Below are positions 29,993 through 41,312 of a stretch of DNA of 64,000 nt, piece by piece (position 1 is the stretch's first letter; each line of letters opens with the position of its first letter). The position numbers were made by a program, and so were the translations under genes. This stretch comes from Bugula neritina (taxonomy: Eukaryota > Animalia > Bryozoa). The stretch covers positions 21,266,995-21,330,994 of the forward strand of contig OZ037765.1 in NCBI GenBank assembly GCA_964035545.1. Direction: 5' to 3'. The notes below the pieces were generated by a model. That model was not told the DNA's origin. It saw only the letters and a list, made by a program, of their open reading frames with translations, and ran no database searches.

Positions 29993-30410
29993 GGTGATCA
30001 CAGTGAAAGAAAGCAGTGTAAGATGTGTAATGCAAAGGAAGAGTATATTTTTGAGCATATACTCAGTAAATGCAAGAAGCTAATATAAAATGAAACATGA
30101 CTATGTGACCTTAATGACTACAAAACAAGAAATGACTTGACCTGAATCAGCAAAGATATTTCACAACATAAAAATCTTGTGGGCTTTAAAAATATATACC
30201 TACCAGGCGTGTGGTAGTTGACAGAAGCAATTTAAAACAATAATAATCTTTATGGCTGTTCGTGATGACAATCAGTTAAAAGAAAAAAGCAAAAAAGAGA
30301 GAAGGATATAATCACCTGGCACTAAAATTAAAACTAATTTGCATGTGAACAACCTAAAGAAAAGTTGTCCTCAGGCCATGGTAATTAGAACTCCTAAACT
30401 TGGGGCTACA
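29993..30410 (+). mobile_element. Degenerate 3' fragment of an RLE-clade (R4/Dong-like) non-LTR retrotransposon, unit 1
   Basis: Frameshifted remnants in the expected order: CKMC..E..FEHILSKCKKL (CCHC knuckle), HDYV, KILW, VVDRS, MAVRDD..KEK..Y.HLA, PMVI. This matches the zinc knuckle + restriction-like endonuclease C-terminus. Confidence 0.62.
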
Positions 30411-31132
30411 TACACTTACAGGAATTCAGTCTGGAACTGCATGGTATTACTTCAACTTGAAATTATGTAAGTTATGTGACAAATTGCCCTATTGCAATGA
30501 ATAAAACTTATCAACTGTATAACATTGGCAGTAAAGAAGCATTAAATGTGAAAGACTCGTAAGCTGTACTTGTTATGACTCATAATGATAATATATAATT
30601 AAATATCAACTTCAGGATCACTTCAATATAATTATCACTATGACCAACAGTGTTAAGATCTGCCAACACTAACAGTATGAGTAACTACTAGTACTACTAC
30701 TAGTGGTAGTAGCAGTAGTACCCAGTATTATAATTACAGTTTGAGTATTATAATTACTATTACAGTATTAGTTTAAAATTACAATTTAAATTAGTAGTAC
30801 TATTAATATTACTATTAATACTAGTAACTGTAAGACTACGTCACTGTCAGTAGCTGGAACACTAACTCAGTAACTGAAAGTGTAAGATCTTCATCAATTT
30901 AAGAAAAGTCCTATCTATCAAGGCCTGGTAGAATCAGCGTGTTTACTATCTTATGTAAAATTAACTCAATAATAGGAGGCAATATTAGCTCAAGTTGTGA
31001 AGAAACCAATAAATAAGGATCATCATTTTTATTTCGACCACTGTTGGACTTGGAAGAAACTATATATTATATAACTCTGAGAAGAAACTATTTTATTGTT
31101 TACACTAAGCTAGAATGACGCAAATAACCAAG

Positions 31133-31335
31133 GTTCTAGAATAAGTAATTGCCTCATTGAATTGATAAACAAGTAGAATCTTCTAGCACAGTTTTAATTG
31201 GATACCACTGTGTTTTATGATTGGTTGAAAAGAGGAAATCCCAAGACTTCCACACGAGGCTAGAAAATACTGCAGTCGTCTAGAACGTTCTTAAATAGTA
31301 TAAAATAGCATTCCCAACCGTTTCTAGTCATTTAC
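31133..31335 (+). promoter_or_regulatory. HSP70 copy 1 promoter: heat-shock elements, TATA box, initiator
   Basis: gTTCtaGAAt 31133-31142; aGAAtcTTCt 31175-31184; cGTCtaGAAcgTTCtt 31277-31292; TATAAAA 31299-31305; TCATTT initiator-like at 31328, ~30 bp after TATA. Confidence 0.8.
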
Positions 31336-31417
31336 TGATCGAGCCGAAAAGTAGTTACAACTACCACATTACTACGACTTTCAAGGATATAAACGTCAAC
31401 TTTCAACGTATAGCAGT

Positions 31418-33880
31418 ATGGGGAAAACAATTGGAATAGATCTTGGAACGACCTACTCGTGCGTCGGAGTATTTCAGCATGGAAAGGTGGAAATTATAGC
31501 AAACAGTCAAGGTGAGTACAAAGCAGTGCCAATAGTATTACTATTGGTACACAAATTAAAAGCATATTCATTATCATAATGATAATCACTTACTCTAAAA
31601 CTCTTAATTTTTTTTAATAATGGTGATTTTTATGCAAAAATTAAACAACTGTGGGTTTAAAAAATATTGCAATTTTTATGACTATTAATTTCTCTTGATC
31701 CACTTTTCAATAACTAACATATAGCTATTACAATAATTATACATAGTTTTATAATGATAATCACTAATAATAAACCAACTTAAAAATAAATCATTGCTGT
31801 GCAGAGCAATATGAATATGTAGTTGCATAGCATTAAAATAACTTACTTTAGACCATCAATTCTCGAATTATTGATATTTTACAAAATAATTGCGGTACAT
31901 TTTTTCTCCTTTAGTAATTTGTGATAAACTCCTGGCTAGAATATCAAGTATATCACTATTAGTAATACCAGTGTCATCTGCTAGTGATAAATAAGATTTA
32001 CAGAAAACGCACTGTTCTATCTCATCTCATTAAATTGAATAGATACACTTATGAGATTTTAATGTAATTTATATTTCTAATTGCAGGAAACCGAACCACT
32101 CCAAGTTATGTAGCCTTCACTGATTCTGAAAGACTGATAGGAGATGCAGCTAAGAACCAAGTTGCTATGAATCCAACAAATACAGTCTTTGATGCAAAAC
32201 GATTGATTGGAAGAAAGTTTGCGGATGCTTCTGTGCAAAAAGACATGAAAACATGGCCTTTCAAAGTGATAGATGACAATGGTAAACCAAAGATTCAAGT
32301 CGAGCACCTTAATCAAACTAAAGTACTAACACCTGAAGAAATAAGTTCAATGGTGTTGACAAGCATGAAGGAAACAGCGGAAGCATATCTTGGAGAGAAA
32401 GTAACAGATGCTGTAGTCACAGTTCCTGCTTACTTCAACGATTCTCAGACAAGCCACCAAAGATGCAGGAGTGATTGCAGGGCTGAATGTGAAGCGAATC
32501 ATTAATGAACCAACAGCTGCTGCATTGGCTTATGGGTTGGATAAGAATCTGAGTGATGAAAAAAATGTGTTGATCTTCGATTTGGGTGGTGGCACATTTG
32601 ACGTATCAATCTTGAGCATTGACGAAGGATCGCTGTTTGAAGTAAAATCCACTGCCGGGAACACACATCTAGGAGGTGAAGATTTTGATGACAGGCTGGT
32701 TGAGCACTTCATTAAAGAATTTCAAAGAAAGCATGGTAAAAATATTAGAGGAAACCCTCGCTCACTCAGACGTCTGAGGACAGCATGTGAAAGGGCAAAG
32801 AGAACTCTCTCAAGCAGTGCTCAAGCAAATATAGAGATAGACTCCATGTTTGAAGGAATAGATTTCTACACCAGCATCACAAGAGCAAGGTTTGAGGAAC
32901 TTTGTGCTGACTTGTTTCGAGAGACATTGCAGCCAGTAGAGCAAGCTCTAAGAGATGCCAAGATGTCTAAAGGAGATATACATGAAGTGGTTCTAGTTGG
33001 TGGCTCTACTAGAATACCAAAGATTCAAAAGCTACTGCAAGAGTTCATGGGTGGAAAACAGTTGAACAAGTCTATCAACCCTGATGAGGCAGTAGCTTAT
33101 GGTGCTGCTGTGCAAGCTGCCATTCTTTCTGGTGACCAGCATGATACCATCAAAGATGTGCTGCTAGTTGATGTAGCAGCTTTATCTCTTGGCATAGAAA
33201 CAGCTGGTGGAGTCATGACCAATCTCATCGACAGGAACACCCGCATTCCTACCAAGCAGACAAAAGTTTTCACAACATATGCCGACAACCAGCCAGCAGT
33301 CACCATACAAGTGTTTGAAGGAGAAAGATCAATGACAGTCAACAACAACCATCTTGGCAAATTTGATCTATCAGGAATTCCTCCAGCACCCAGAGGTGTT
33401 CCACAGGTTGAAGTTACCTTTGACTTGGATGCAAATGGGATTCTCAACGTTTTGGCAGTAGAGAAAGGATCTGGGAAATCCAGCAACATCACCATCACCA
33501 ATGACAGGGGTAGATTAAGTCAAGCTGAAATTGATGCGATGCTGGCTGATGCAGAGAAGTTTAAAGCTGAAGATGAGAAACAGAGAAAGCAAGTGCAAGC
33601 TAGGAACTCATTGGAAAATCTTGTGTATCAATACAAGCAAGCTGCTGAAGAAAACGAGTCAAAATTGTCAGCAGACGACTCCAAACTGATAAAGGATGAA
33701 TGCCAGCAAGTCATAAGTTGGCTGGACAACAACAACTTGGCAGATGAAGAAGAGTACCAGCACCAGATGTCAGAACTCCAGAAAAAGTGTTCTCCTATCA
33801 TGTCCAAACTCCACCAATCAGGAGGAGGTAGCAACCATACAAGTAGCCAATCAGGACCTACAGTTGAAGAAATGGACTAA
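31418..33880 (+). pseudogene. HSP70: Cytosolic inducible-type HSP70, copy 1, with a 2-nt deletion frameshift near 32447 (pseudogene or assembly error); exons 31418-31511, 32087-33880
   Basis: [32 protein letters not shown]|[10 protein letters not shown]. Reads GATTCTCAGACAAGCC where copies 2 and 3 read GATTCTCAAAGACAAGCC, splitting the ORF into 32167-32505 and 32471-33880. Otherwise almost identical to copy 2. Confidence 0.85.
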
Positions 33881-35026
33881 TAGCAATGTACACTTTCTCT
33901 ACTTGATCATGTGATTTTTTGCCAGTACTTTTCATTTTTGTGCTTATCATTATGTTCTTCCACCAAAGTTATGTTAGTAATTAGTATGATAAATATGTAT
34001 ATTCTTATGGTATTTTTGTATAAAATTTATGTACTCATACCTATTTATTGTGGTTTCTTGCAAGTTGTATATTTGTATATCTATAGTTAATGCAATAGAC
34101 TATCTTTTAGCTCAAAGAGCAACCAGTTATGCTTGTTATTTATGTAGATATATTTTTGTTTAGCAAACAATCTCTAACAATATTCAATTCTGTATAGTAT
34201 TATTAGCATATAAATAAAAAATAATTTAGAACTCAAAGATTTCGGAGTATTGTGTAAAAAAAGTTGTCAAAAAGTCAGTTAAGCAATTAATATCACCAGC
34301 AAAAAATGTTTGCCTACATGTAGTCTTATACAATAAAAATATCACATTGTAAAAGCTGATAGCAAAACCACACATCTGAATACCTTGCATACTTCAAAGC
34401 TGTTGGCTAATGATACATAAAAACAAACTATTGGTACTTAGTTCATAACAGAGAGAAGTTTTGTCCAAAGTATATTTATAATGATCATTTATATAAAATT
34501 AAAACAATCAATAATTTCAAACAAAATTAAATTTAATAATACACCAATTTATAATACCAAGAATCTGCAAGCAACTTTCTTCACTAAATTACTTCTAAAT
34601 TTCTAATTTCTATAATTTGCTTAAAATCTTTTGATGTATACTTTTTTAATGCATTTCTTTTAATGTGCAAATGTGGTGATCAACAGTTAATGCTGTATCT
34701 TTTATGCAATTGAGCATAGAAAAGCACAACATCAACTGTTGAAGTTTTTGTATTAGTTAGAAAATAGCAACTCAACACACAGTGACCAAAGTATAATATA
34801 AAAAGTAATTTTTGTACATAAAACTACTGTATGTTAGTTATACAGAAAAGGGAAGCTAGTTTTACTGCAAAAAATATATACTTTCAAACAACAAGCATAA
34901 TAACATGATTGAATAATAAGAGTAGCACATAATTTAAAGGTGTACTTTATATAATATCAAAATTCCTTATATGTAAATTTGGAACAAATATACTAAACAG
35001 ATTGCATAAGTACAGTCCAATAGTAC

Positions 35027-35097
35027 CTAGCAAGCACCAGCAACCCATCATGCTCAAGTAGATCAGCAAAGATCTGCTTTTCATATTCCAACAACAT
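35027..35097 (-). pseudogene. ERCC4: Duplicated XPF coding exon 1 (orphan copy, unit 2)
   Basis: 71 nt encoding [23 protein letters not shown], identical in protein to 28400-28330 (one synonymous CTG>TTG). GT donor retained. No exon 2 follows within the unit. Confidence 0.88.
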
Positions 35098-35309
35098 GGC
35101 CTACAAAGATTATCACATAATAAAAGTTCTCACCGTAAAAAAAGAAACCTCAGTTTTTTTACAAACACAATCTCTGAATATGATGACAGCTAGAAACATT
35201 TACAATTAATTTATATTAATTATAGTAAAATTCGTCATCATAGCCAAATTTCTTAAAGCTCAAGTTCAGGTAATAAATAAACACACAACTTTTATAAAAT
35301 ATCATCAAT

Positions 35310-36375
35310 AGACGATGTATGTTTGGTACAATTAGTACCTTGTACTAAATCTAAAACACTCACCACTATAACTTATATAAACTTCTGCAAGTTCAAATGT
35401 AAAATGCATACTTCTAGAAAATAGCTGTGCAACTTTTATTACATGCATTATTTTATTTCATATCTTAACTTTATGAACCATGAGTTCATTTTTCAAAATG
35501 TTTAAATTAAATGCTTAAAAAATGCATTTAAAAAATGTATTCCTGCAAAAATGCCCTGGAGCAGCTTGACCACAACCCCAGCTGTTCTGGCAAAACACAT
35601 TTAATGGTTTTTTTATTGACATAGTGGTGAATGAGCTAGTTGTTTTTGGCAGTTGAATATAGCCACGTTGCAGGCAATTTTATACGATTCTGATTGGCTG
35701 GACTCTACATGACCAGCTAATGATTGTATCTGATAGGCCTAATAATGCATTTGTCTTTGAAAATGTAGAGTTTTATATGAGTTATAGTGGTGATATTTTA
35801 GAGTTGGTACACGCCCCTTTTTGGTTGAGTTTTATAGTCTGATCATGCTGTAGTCATCTATACAACACTTGAGTGTATGGGGAAATTATTAGTATTACGA
35901 AATCTGTTTTGGCTTACTTTGCTATGCCAGTTTTCTGACTTGGTTTGTAAGCAACTATGTAGGCAGTTATAACTTAGGATGATTTCATCAAAGGTAGACA
36001 TTACTTAGGCCTTAGAACATCAAATCAACCAGTGCTGTTACTTGGTTGTATTGTAAAGCATTATCGAGAGCATAGCGCACTAGCACAGTCACTGAGCTGC
36101 AATGGCAGTGCATGCTACACCAAACTTATCAGTTCTATTATAATATCTTATGTAAGGCACGTAACACTAGGCTAGTCTCTGTTAGTATGTAGAGCAGTAG
36201 CACAGTTACAGCAGTCACACCACCCTTCTCTATCCTGTCTACCTAGCACTGAGGTTGCAATAATGATAATCATTTCATGGTTTAGTTTTAAATCCATGCA
36301 TACTACTAAATACATTCTCATAGTCTGGTTACTTTGTGTGCTTCAGTTTACTTTGATGTACTTATTCAAAAAATT
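35310..36375 (+). repeat. Left terminal inverted repeat (~1066 bp)
   Basis: Reverse complement of 43487-44554. By eye it differs by only a few substitutions and one 2-nt indel. The match ends after cttattcaaaaaatt. Confidence 0.95.
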
Positions 36376-36735
36376 GTTTTACCTAGCATTTTGTCAACAG
36401 TTGTTAACAACAGACAATGCATGTAGACGTTTATCTATATATGTGTGAGTTCGCGAGCTTTCTTTCGGCTCTCTTTGTTGAAATCTATATATTATTATGA
36501 ATTAAAAGCATTTACATTTGTATAATATCTTCAGATCATATTTGACCTAGTCTTGTATTAACTATTTATTTATTAAAATAAGGCTTGGTATAAAAATAAT
36601 AAGTTTCAAAACAAATGAAATAGTTAATGTATATAAACAAAATATGCATATATTTGTATTAAATCAGTGGCAGTCATACAAAACCTCAGTCCAAAATGAA
36701 GATCAAGGAAAGACCTACTTTCAGTATTTTAACTT

Positions 36736-39054
36736 TCACTCCATTTTTGCTGCAGCTAAAGGCTTTGTTTCTATTTCTGAAAAACAGGTCTGCTTTTTTG
36801 AAGGCTCCTCAGTTTGATTATGCTGCAGCCAAAATGCTGGGCTGAGATAATCGTTAAAAAATCTGGACAGTTTGATGAACATGGTTTCTGTGAATCTCAA
36901 GTCATGTGTTATGCGTTGAGTTACACTTCCCCTAACAGTAAATACAAAAAAATCACAATATTTAGCTTTAGTTATTTTAAGCTGACCTTGTACTTGGCCA
37001 TAATATTGGTGTTTCTTTTTGAGGATTGACTTTGTGCCATCGAAAGATTTTTTTAGAAAGGAAACTGTATTGAATGATGGGAGATCATCTAAAGCCGGGC
37101 ACTTAATTTCCAGAATGCCTTCCCCGTGACACTCACAGCTCACTATCCCATCAGGGGAAGCACCTAAAAATGCAAACTCTGTGGACAAAAACAGTCCACA
37201 GTCCCTAACAGTTAGTTTCTTGTGATGAGGGCTGTTTAAATTTAAGTATGTCTGTTTTGCTTTAGCTTCCATTGAGCGGCCATGCTGAATGGAAGGTACA
37301 GAGCTTATGTCTCCTGGGCTTATTAATGAGCTTACTAATTTGCTCATGTCAGTACGTGCGTCCTTAACTTGAGATTCCATTCGTGTCTTCACACGATAGA
37401 AATTAGAAGCAGTAATTCGGCCATGTCTGAGCAATTTCCAAAGGGGGCTGTCACTCTGCTTCACTGTTGCTGCTTCTATTTCCCACACTTGATTTCTTGT
37501 TATGGACATGGTTCTGACCAATTTAGAGAAATGCTCTGGACTATCTGCGCTCTCTGCCAGGGTTGACATAACCAGATCTTTAAATGGTTCAACTTCTATA
37601 AGAAAACTTATCAATCTATATGTATGCTTAATGTACATACACAACACAAAATTTTTGTTGTGTATATCAAACATATGCAGTATTACAGAAAATAGAACAT
37701 TTAGATGGTCAGACATAGTACTCCTTATGTGTTGTACCTTTTAATAATGTGGTTTCTTGAACTTTTTGCCATTCTTCAAGGCTTGGTTTTTTACCATATT
37801 TTTCAAGAATATATGTACTCTCACTAGCAAAGATTTTAAGTTCTTCCTCCCACTCTTTGAAAATTACACCTCCATTGTTACTAGTAGCCACTTTTCTATG
37901 CATTCGGGCATAATTCCTGTCTTTTCCTGTAAACAGTAAAGTGCAGCAGTTATAACTATAAATGGCACCCTAATTCTATTTTACCAACAGTTAAAATAAT
38001 ATTTATTAACTCAATTATTATTTTAGTAAAAAATTCGCTAAGTAACAGTCATAAACAAAGTTACTTTAACAATTTAAGCCAAATATTTTCTCTACTTTAT
38101 TCTTGATGCTTACCTTTTTTATAATCTGGTTTAAAAAAATGAAGGTCAGCAAGACGCCTTGGTGTACACACACTTTTGGTGGAGCGTTTCCAGTTGCACT
38201 CTCCGTCAGTGCAACTTCTTTTGAATGGCTCTTTTTGGGATATATAATCAAGTTTGAAAACAACTGCTGCTATATGGTTGCAAGAGGAGCTAAGCCTGAA
38301 ATAAAAAATTTAGTTCAGCATGATATGTAAATATTTTTTAAAAACACAGAAAATCATACTCTGGCAAAATTTGCACACAATACTTATTTATAACTATCAT
38401 TAAGTCATTTGAAAAATTTGATAGAGCCGGAATATAATATGTCATTGCTTACCCTGCAGTACAGCTGCACCAAGCAGAAAGTATCTTCCCAGTTATTTGA
38501 AGGCAAGCAATCCAAACACTATGTGGGGTTGCAGAAATTCTTTCACTAGGTCTACACACTGTTGTAAAATATGCTACATTAGATGAAGGTTCATGGTAAT
38601 ATTTTATGGTGCTAACCCAATCATCCGCAAAATATGCATAGGCTTTTCCTTGCTTATATCTGCTATACATTTCTGCAGAAAGAGCAGTGTTGGCTTCGTT
38701 CACATACATAACAAGATCACTAAATAAAACTTTTGGCCACATTGAAATACTGTCTCTTTCTTCACTCCAATCTTTAATAGTCAGTGGATCCAGTATTACT
38801 GTGCCGTCATTAGTTTTAAGAAGATCTAAATATTCCCGTTTGCTTTGTGCTTCCATCTCTATTGCCGACTTTGCAGGCTGATAGTCAAGGTGCATTGCTC
38901 CATAAACTAAAGAGATTAACTCAACCTTACTTTTTTTACTATGTGGCAAGTTTCTGATTTTTAGATATTCTTTTAGAGCAGTTACTTTCCATGTAGAAAT
39001 TTCTTCAAATGTCTCTGTCAATTGTTTTTCTTTTGGAGAAACTGCTAATGCCAT
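36736..39054 (-). CDS. Transposon-borne SAP + SWIM zinc finger + YqaJ/lambda-exonuclease-like nuclease, ~610 aa; exons 39054-38453, 38295-38114, 37926-37738, 37595-36736
   Basis: Four GT-AG exons in phase (602+182+189+860=1833 nt, no stops). SAP-like WKVTALKEYLKIRNLPHSKKSKVELISLV; SWIM AWCSCTAG|LSSSCNHIAA; SCTDGECNW. YqaJ motifs TVKQSDSPLWKLLRHGRITASNF, HGRSME, GLFLS..FLGASPDG, GILEIKCP, YYGQVQGQL, CDFFVF. Confidence 0.9.
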
Positions 39055-40481
39055 GTTCACAACTGTAGCTGGTCCAGGATATTACAAGTTTATTTTTATG
39101 TTTGCTGGTAAAAACACAAAATAAGTTAAATTGATCATCATAATAAAAAGTGATATTTGTACATAAATGAAGTTACCTAAGAATGTGTAACAGGCATCAG
39201 TATACAGAGAAAGAAAATAGAATTATTTACTAGAGAAACAGTATTTGTTGCAATATGGTATGGTGTGTCATTATAACTATTAATTTTGAGTAAAACATGT
39301 ATAAAATATAACTAACCTGTTGGCTCATGTATACAGATCTCTATAAAATTGAATAAAGCAAAGGTCACAAATAATGGCAGTTTTTATAAGAAAGCAAAAA
39401 AAGCTAGTTCTAATAAAGTTGTGAAGAGTTTTCAAACTGAGCTGCGTTTTGCTGTATCTCTAAAACTACTGCAGCTGATGAGTATTAAACTATGGTATAC
39501 ATTCACTGCATAGCCCAAAGGTAGCTACATAGCCAGCAGAGGTAGGGAAATAAGGACAGTAACCCTAACAATAATGGTATAACCCTAAATCCAACAGTAA
39601 ACAGAAGGCAAATGAATCACATCACAGAGCTTGCTGACGTAGTCTATCTAATCGGAACTAGGAATTTTAATGAGAAATTTGTTGTTGCGACAGCATGAGT
39701 GAATCATACTGTGGGTGTCTGACAATCATTTACATTCATGTTGTAAATGTAAAATCTGCTAAGGATATCACTTATGTTTTGCTTGCTATATTATAATACA
39801 AATACCTTCTGTTAGAAACTTATGTTTATGTCATTAGTTTGTACGGTACTCGGGCATGCTGGTACTCATACTCATCTCCTCATAATGAGATTTAGTGGAT
39901 TATAGTAGCTACACAAAAGGTGAGTAACTATTTCAACAATAATTAACTAAAGTCAGTCGCTGAACATGTTATTTCTGTCCACATTTGGATAGTTCTGTAG
40001 CAAAGCACAGAAGTTTATTGAGCATATGCAGTCTATGTATTTTAGTAATAGATAAAAATTTGTTAGTCTTTCACTTTTTGCATTTCCAACTAGATCTGGC
40101 TAAAAATAGATTTATTTCAATCAGTTTACTGTGAAGGGCTGAGATGCTTGTGAGCAATTTTTCAAATGCTGTTCTTATTAAATGCACAACCTTTTGCAAA
40201 CAGGTAAAGGTTTCAGTCAACAATGGCTACTATATCAAATTTCCTCAACTTTTACTTACTCAAAGTTACCAACATTAATTACTGGCTTTAGCACAAAACT
40301 GTGTTGACAACTTATATTCCAAAATATCTGTGGTATATTCCTTAACTTTACAGCATGCAAGCATTTATGTTGGGGAAAAAACTTTCACTATCTTTTGTAA
40401 CACACATTTAGTTATCAGGTTTTGTTCTGGTAGGAATCTAATCCAATACCGAATATTTTGCTTGGCATTTTACAGATCGGC

Positions 40482-41215
40482 ATGAGAATCTGCGCAGTTA
40501 AAAACTGCCATAATGGAGAGTATAAACTTCAAAAGTTTCGAAAGAGCAATCCTGGAAATTGGATCCTTTCGCTCTTTATACGTTTCCACGAAAAAGTGAG
40601 CAACAGCGTCACGATTGGTGTGTTTTAATAAATCGGAAGGATGAATTAGGAAATTTATGGACTCCAAAACAACAATCCAGAGTTTGCTCCCTACATTTTA
40701 AGGATGGTCAGCCAACTGAGCAAAATCCAAACCCAACCCTTCACTTGGGATACAAATGCACCAAAACCTATAGTTCAAGAGGCACAGAAAACAGTGGTTT
40801 TGACAGAACAGCTGGAAAAAGAAAAGAACAGAAAATATATTCAACAAATGTAAAGCAACAAAATTCATCTTACAGCCATCCTTGTAGGCAAACTTCATTA
40901 GATGTACCTGAGCAAAATGAGACTTTGCCAGCTAATGCAAAAAAGAGTCCTAGGCTTTCAAATATTGGACCAAAAGTTACAAGAAAAAGCTCAGGACTTT
41001 CCAAGTTTAAACAAAAGGCAGGTGTTAGGAAAATTAAAGTTTTCAAAACGTTTACCACAACAGATGAAAGAACCAAGTTTTACACTGGAATACCTACACG
41101 ATCTCTATATTTTTCTTTAGCAAGGTAAAAGTTTATTACCGTACTGTTAAAAACACACACACCACACACACGCACGCGTATACATATATATATATACACA
41201 CACGCACGCGTATAC

Positions 41216-41312
<97 letters not shown>

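Noticed and set aside
33097-33834. Antisense ORFs over HSP70 (also 50159-50896 and 55776-56513)
   Set aside because: Shadow ORFs of the HSP70 coding strand; repeated only because HSP70 is repeated.
36736-37716. YqaJ gene as evidence of prophage or bacterial contamination
   Set aside because: It has spliceosomal GT-AG introns, eukaryotic SAP/SWIM domains and lies within TIRs inserted in a host duplication.
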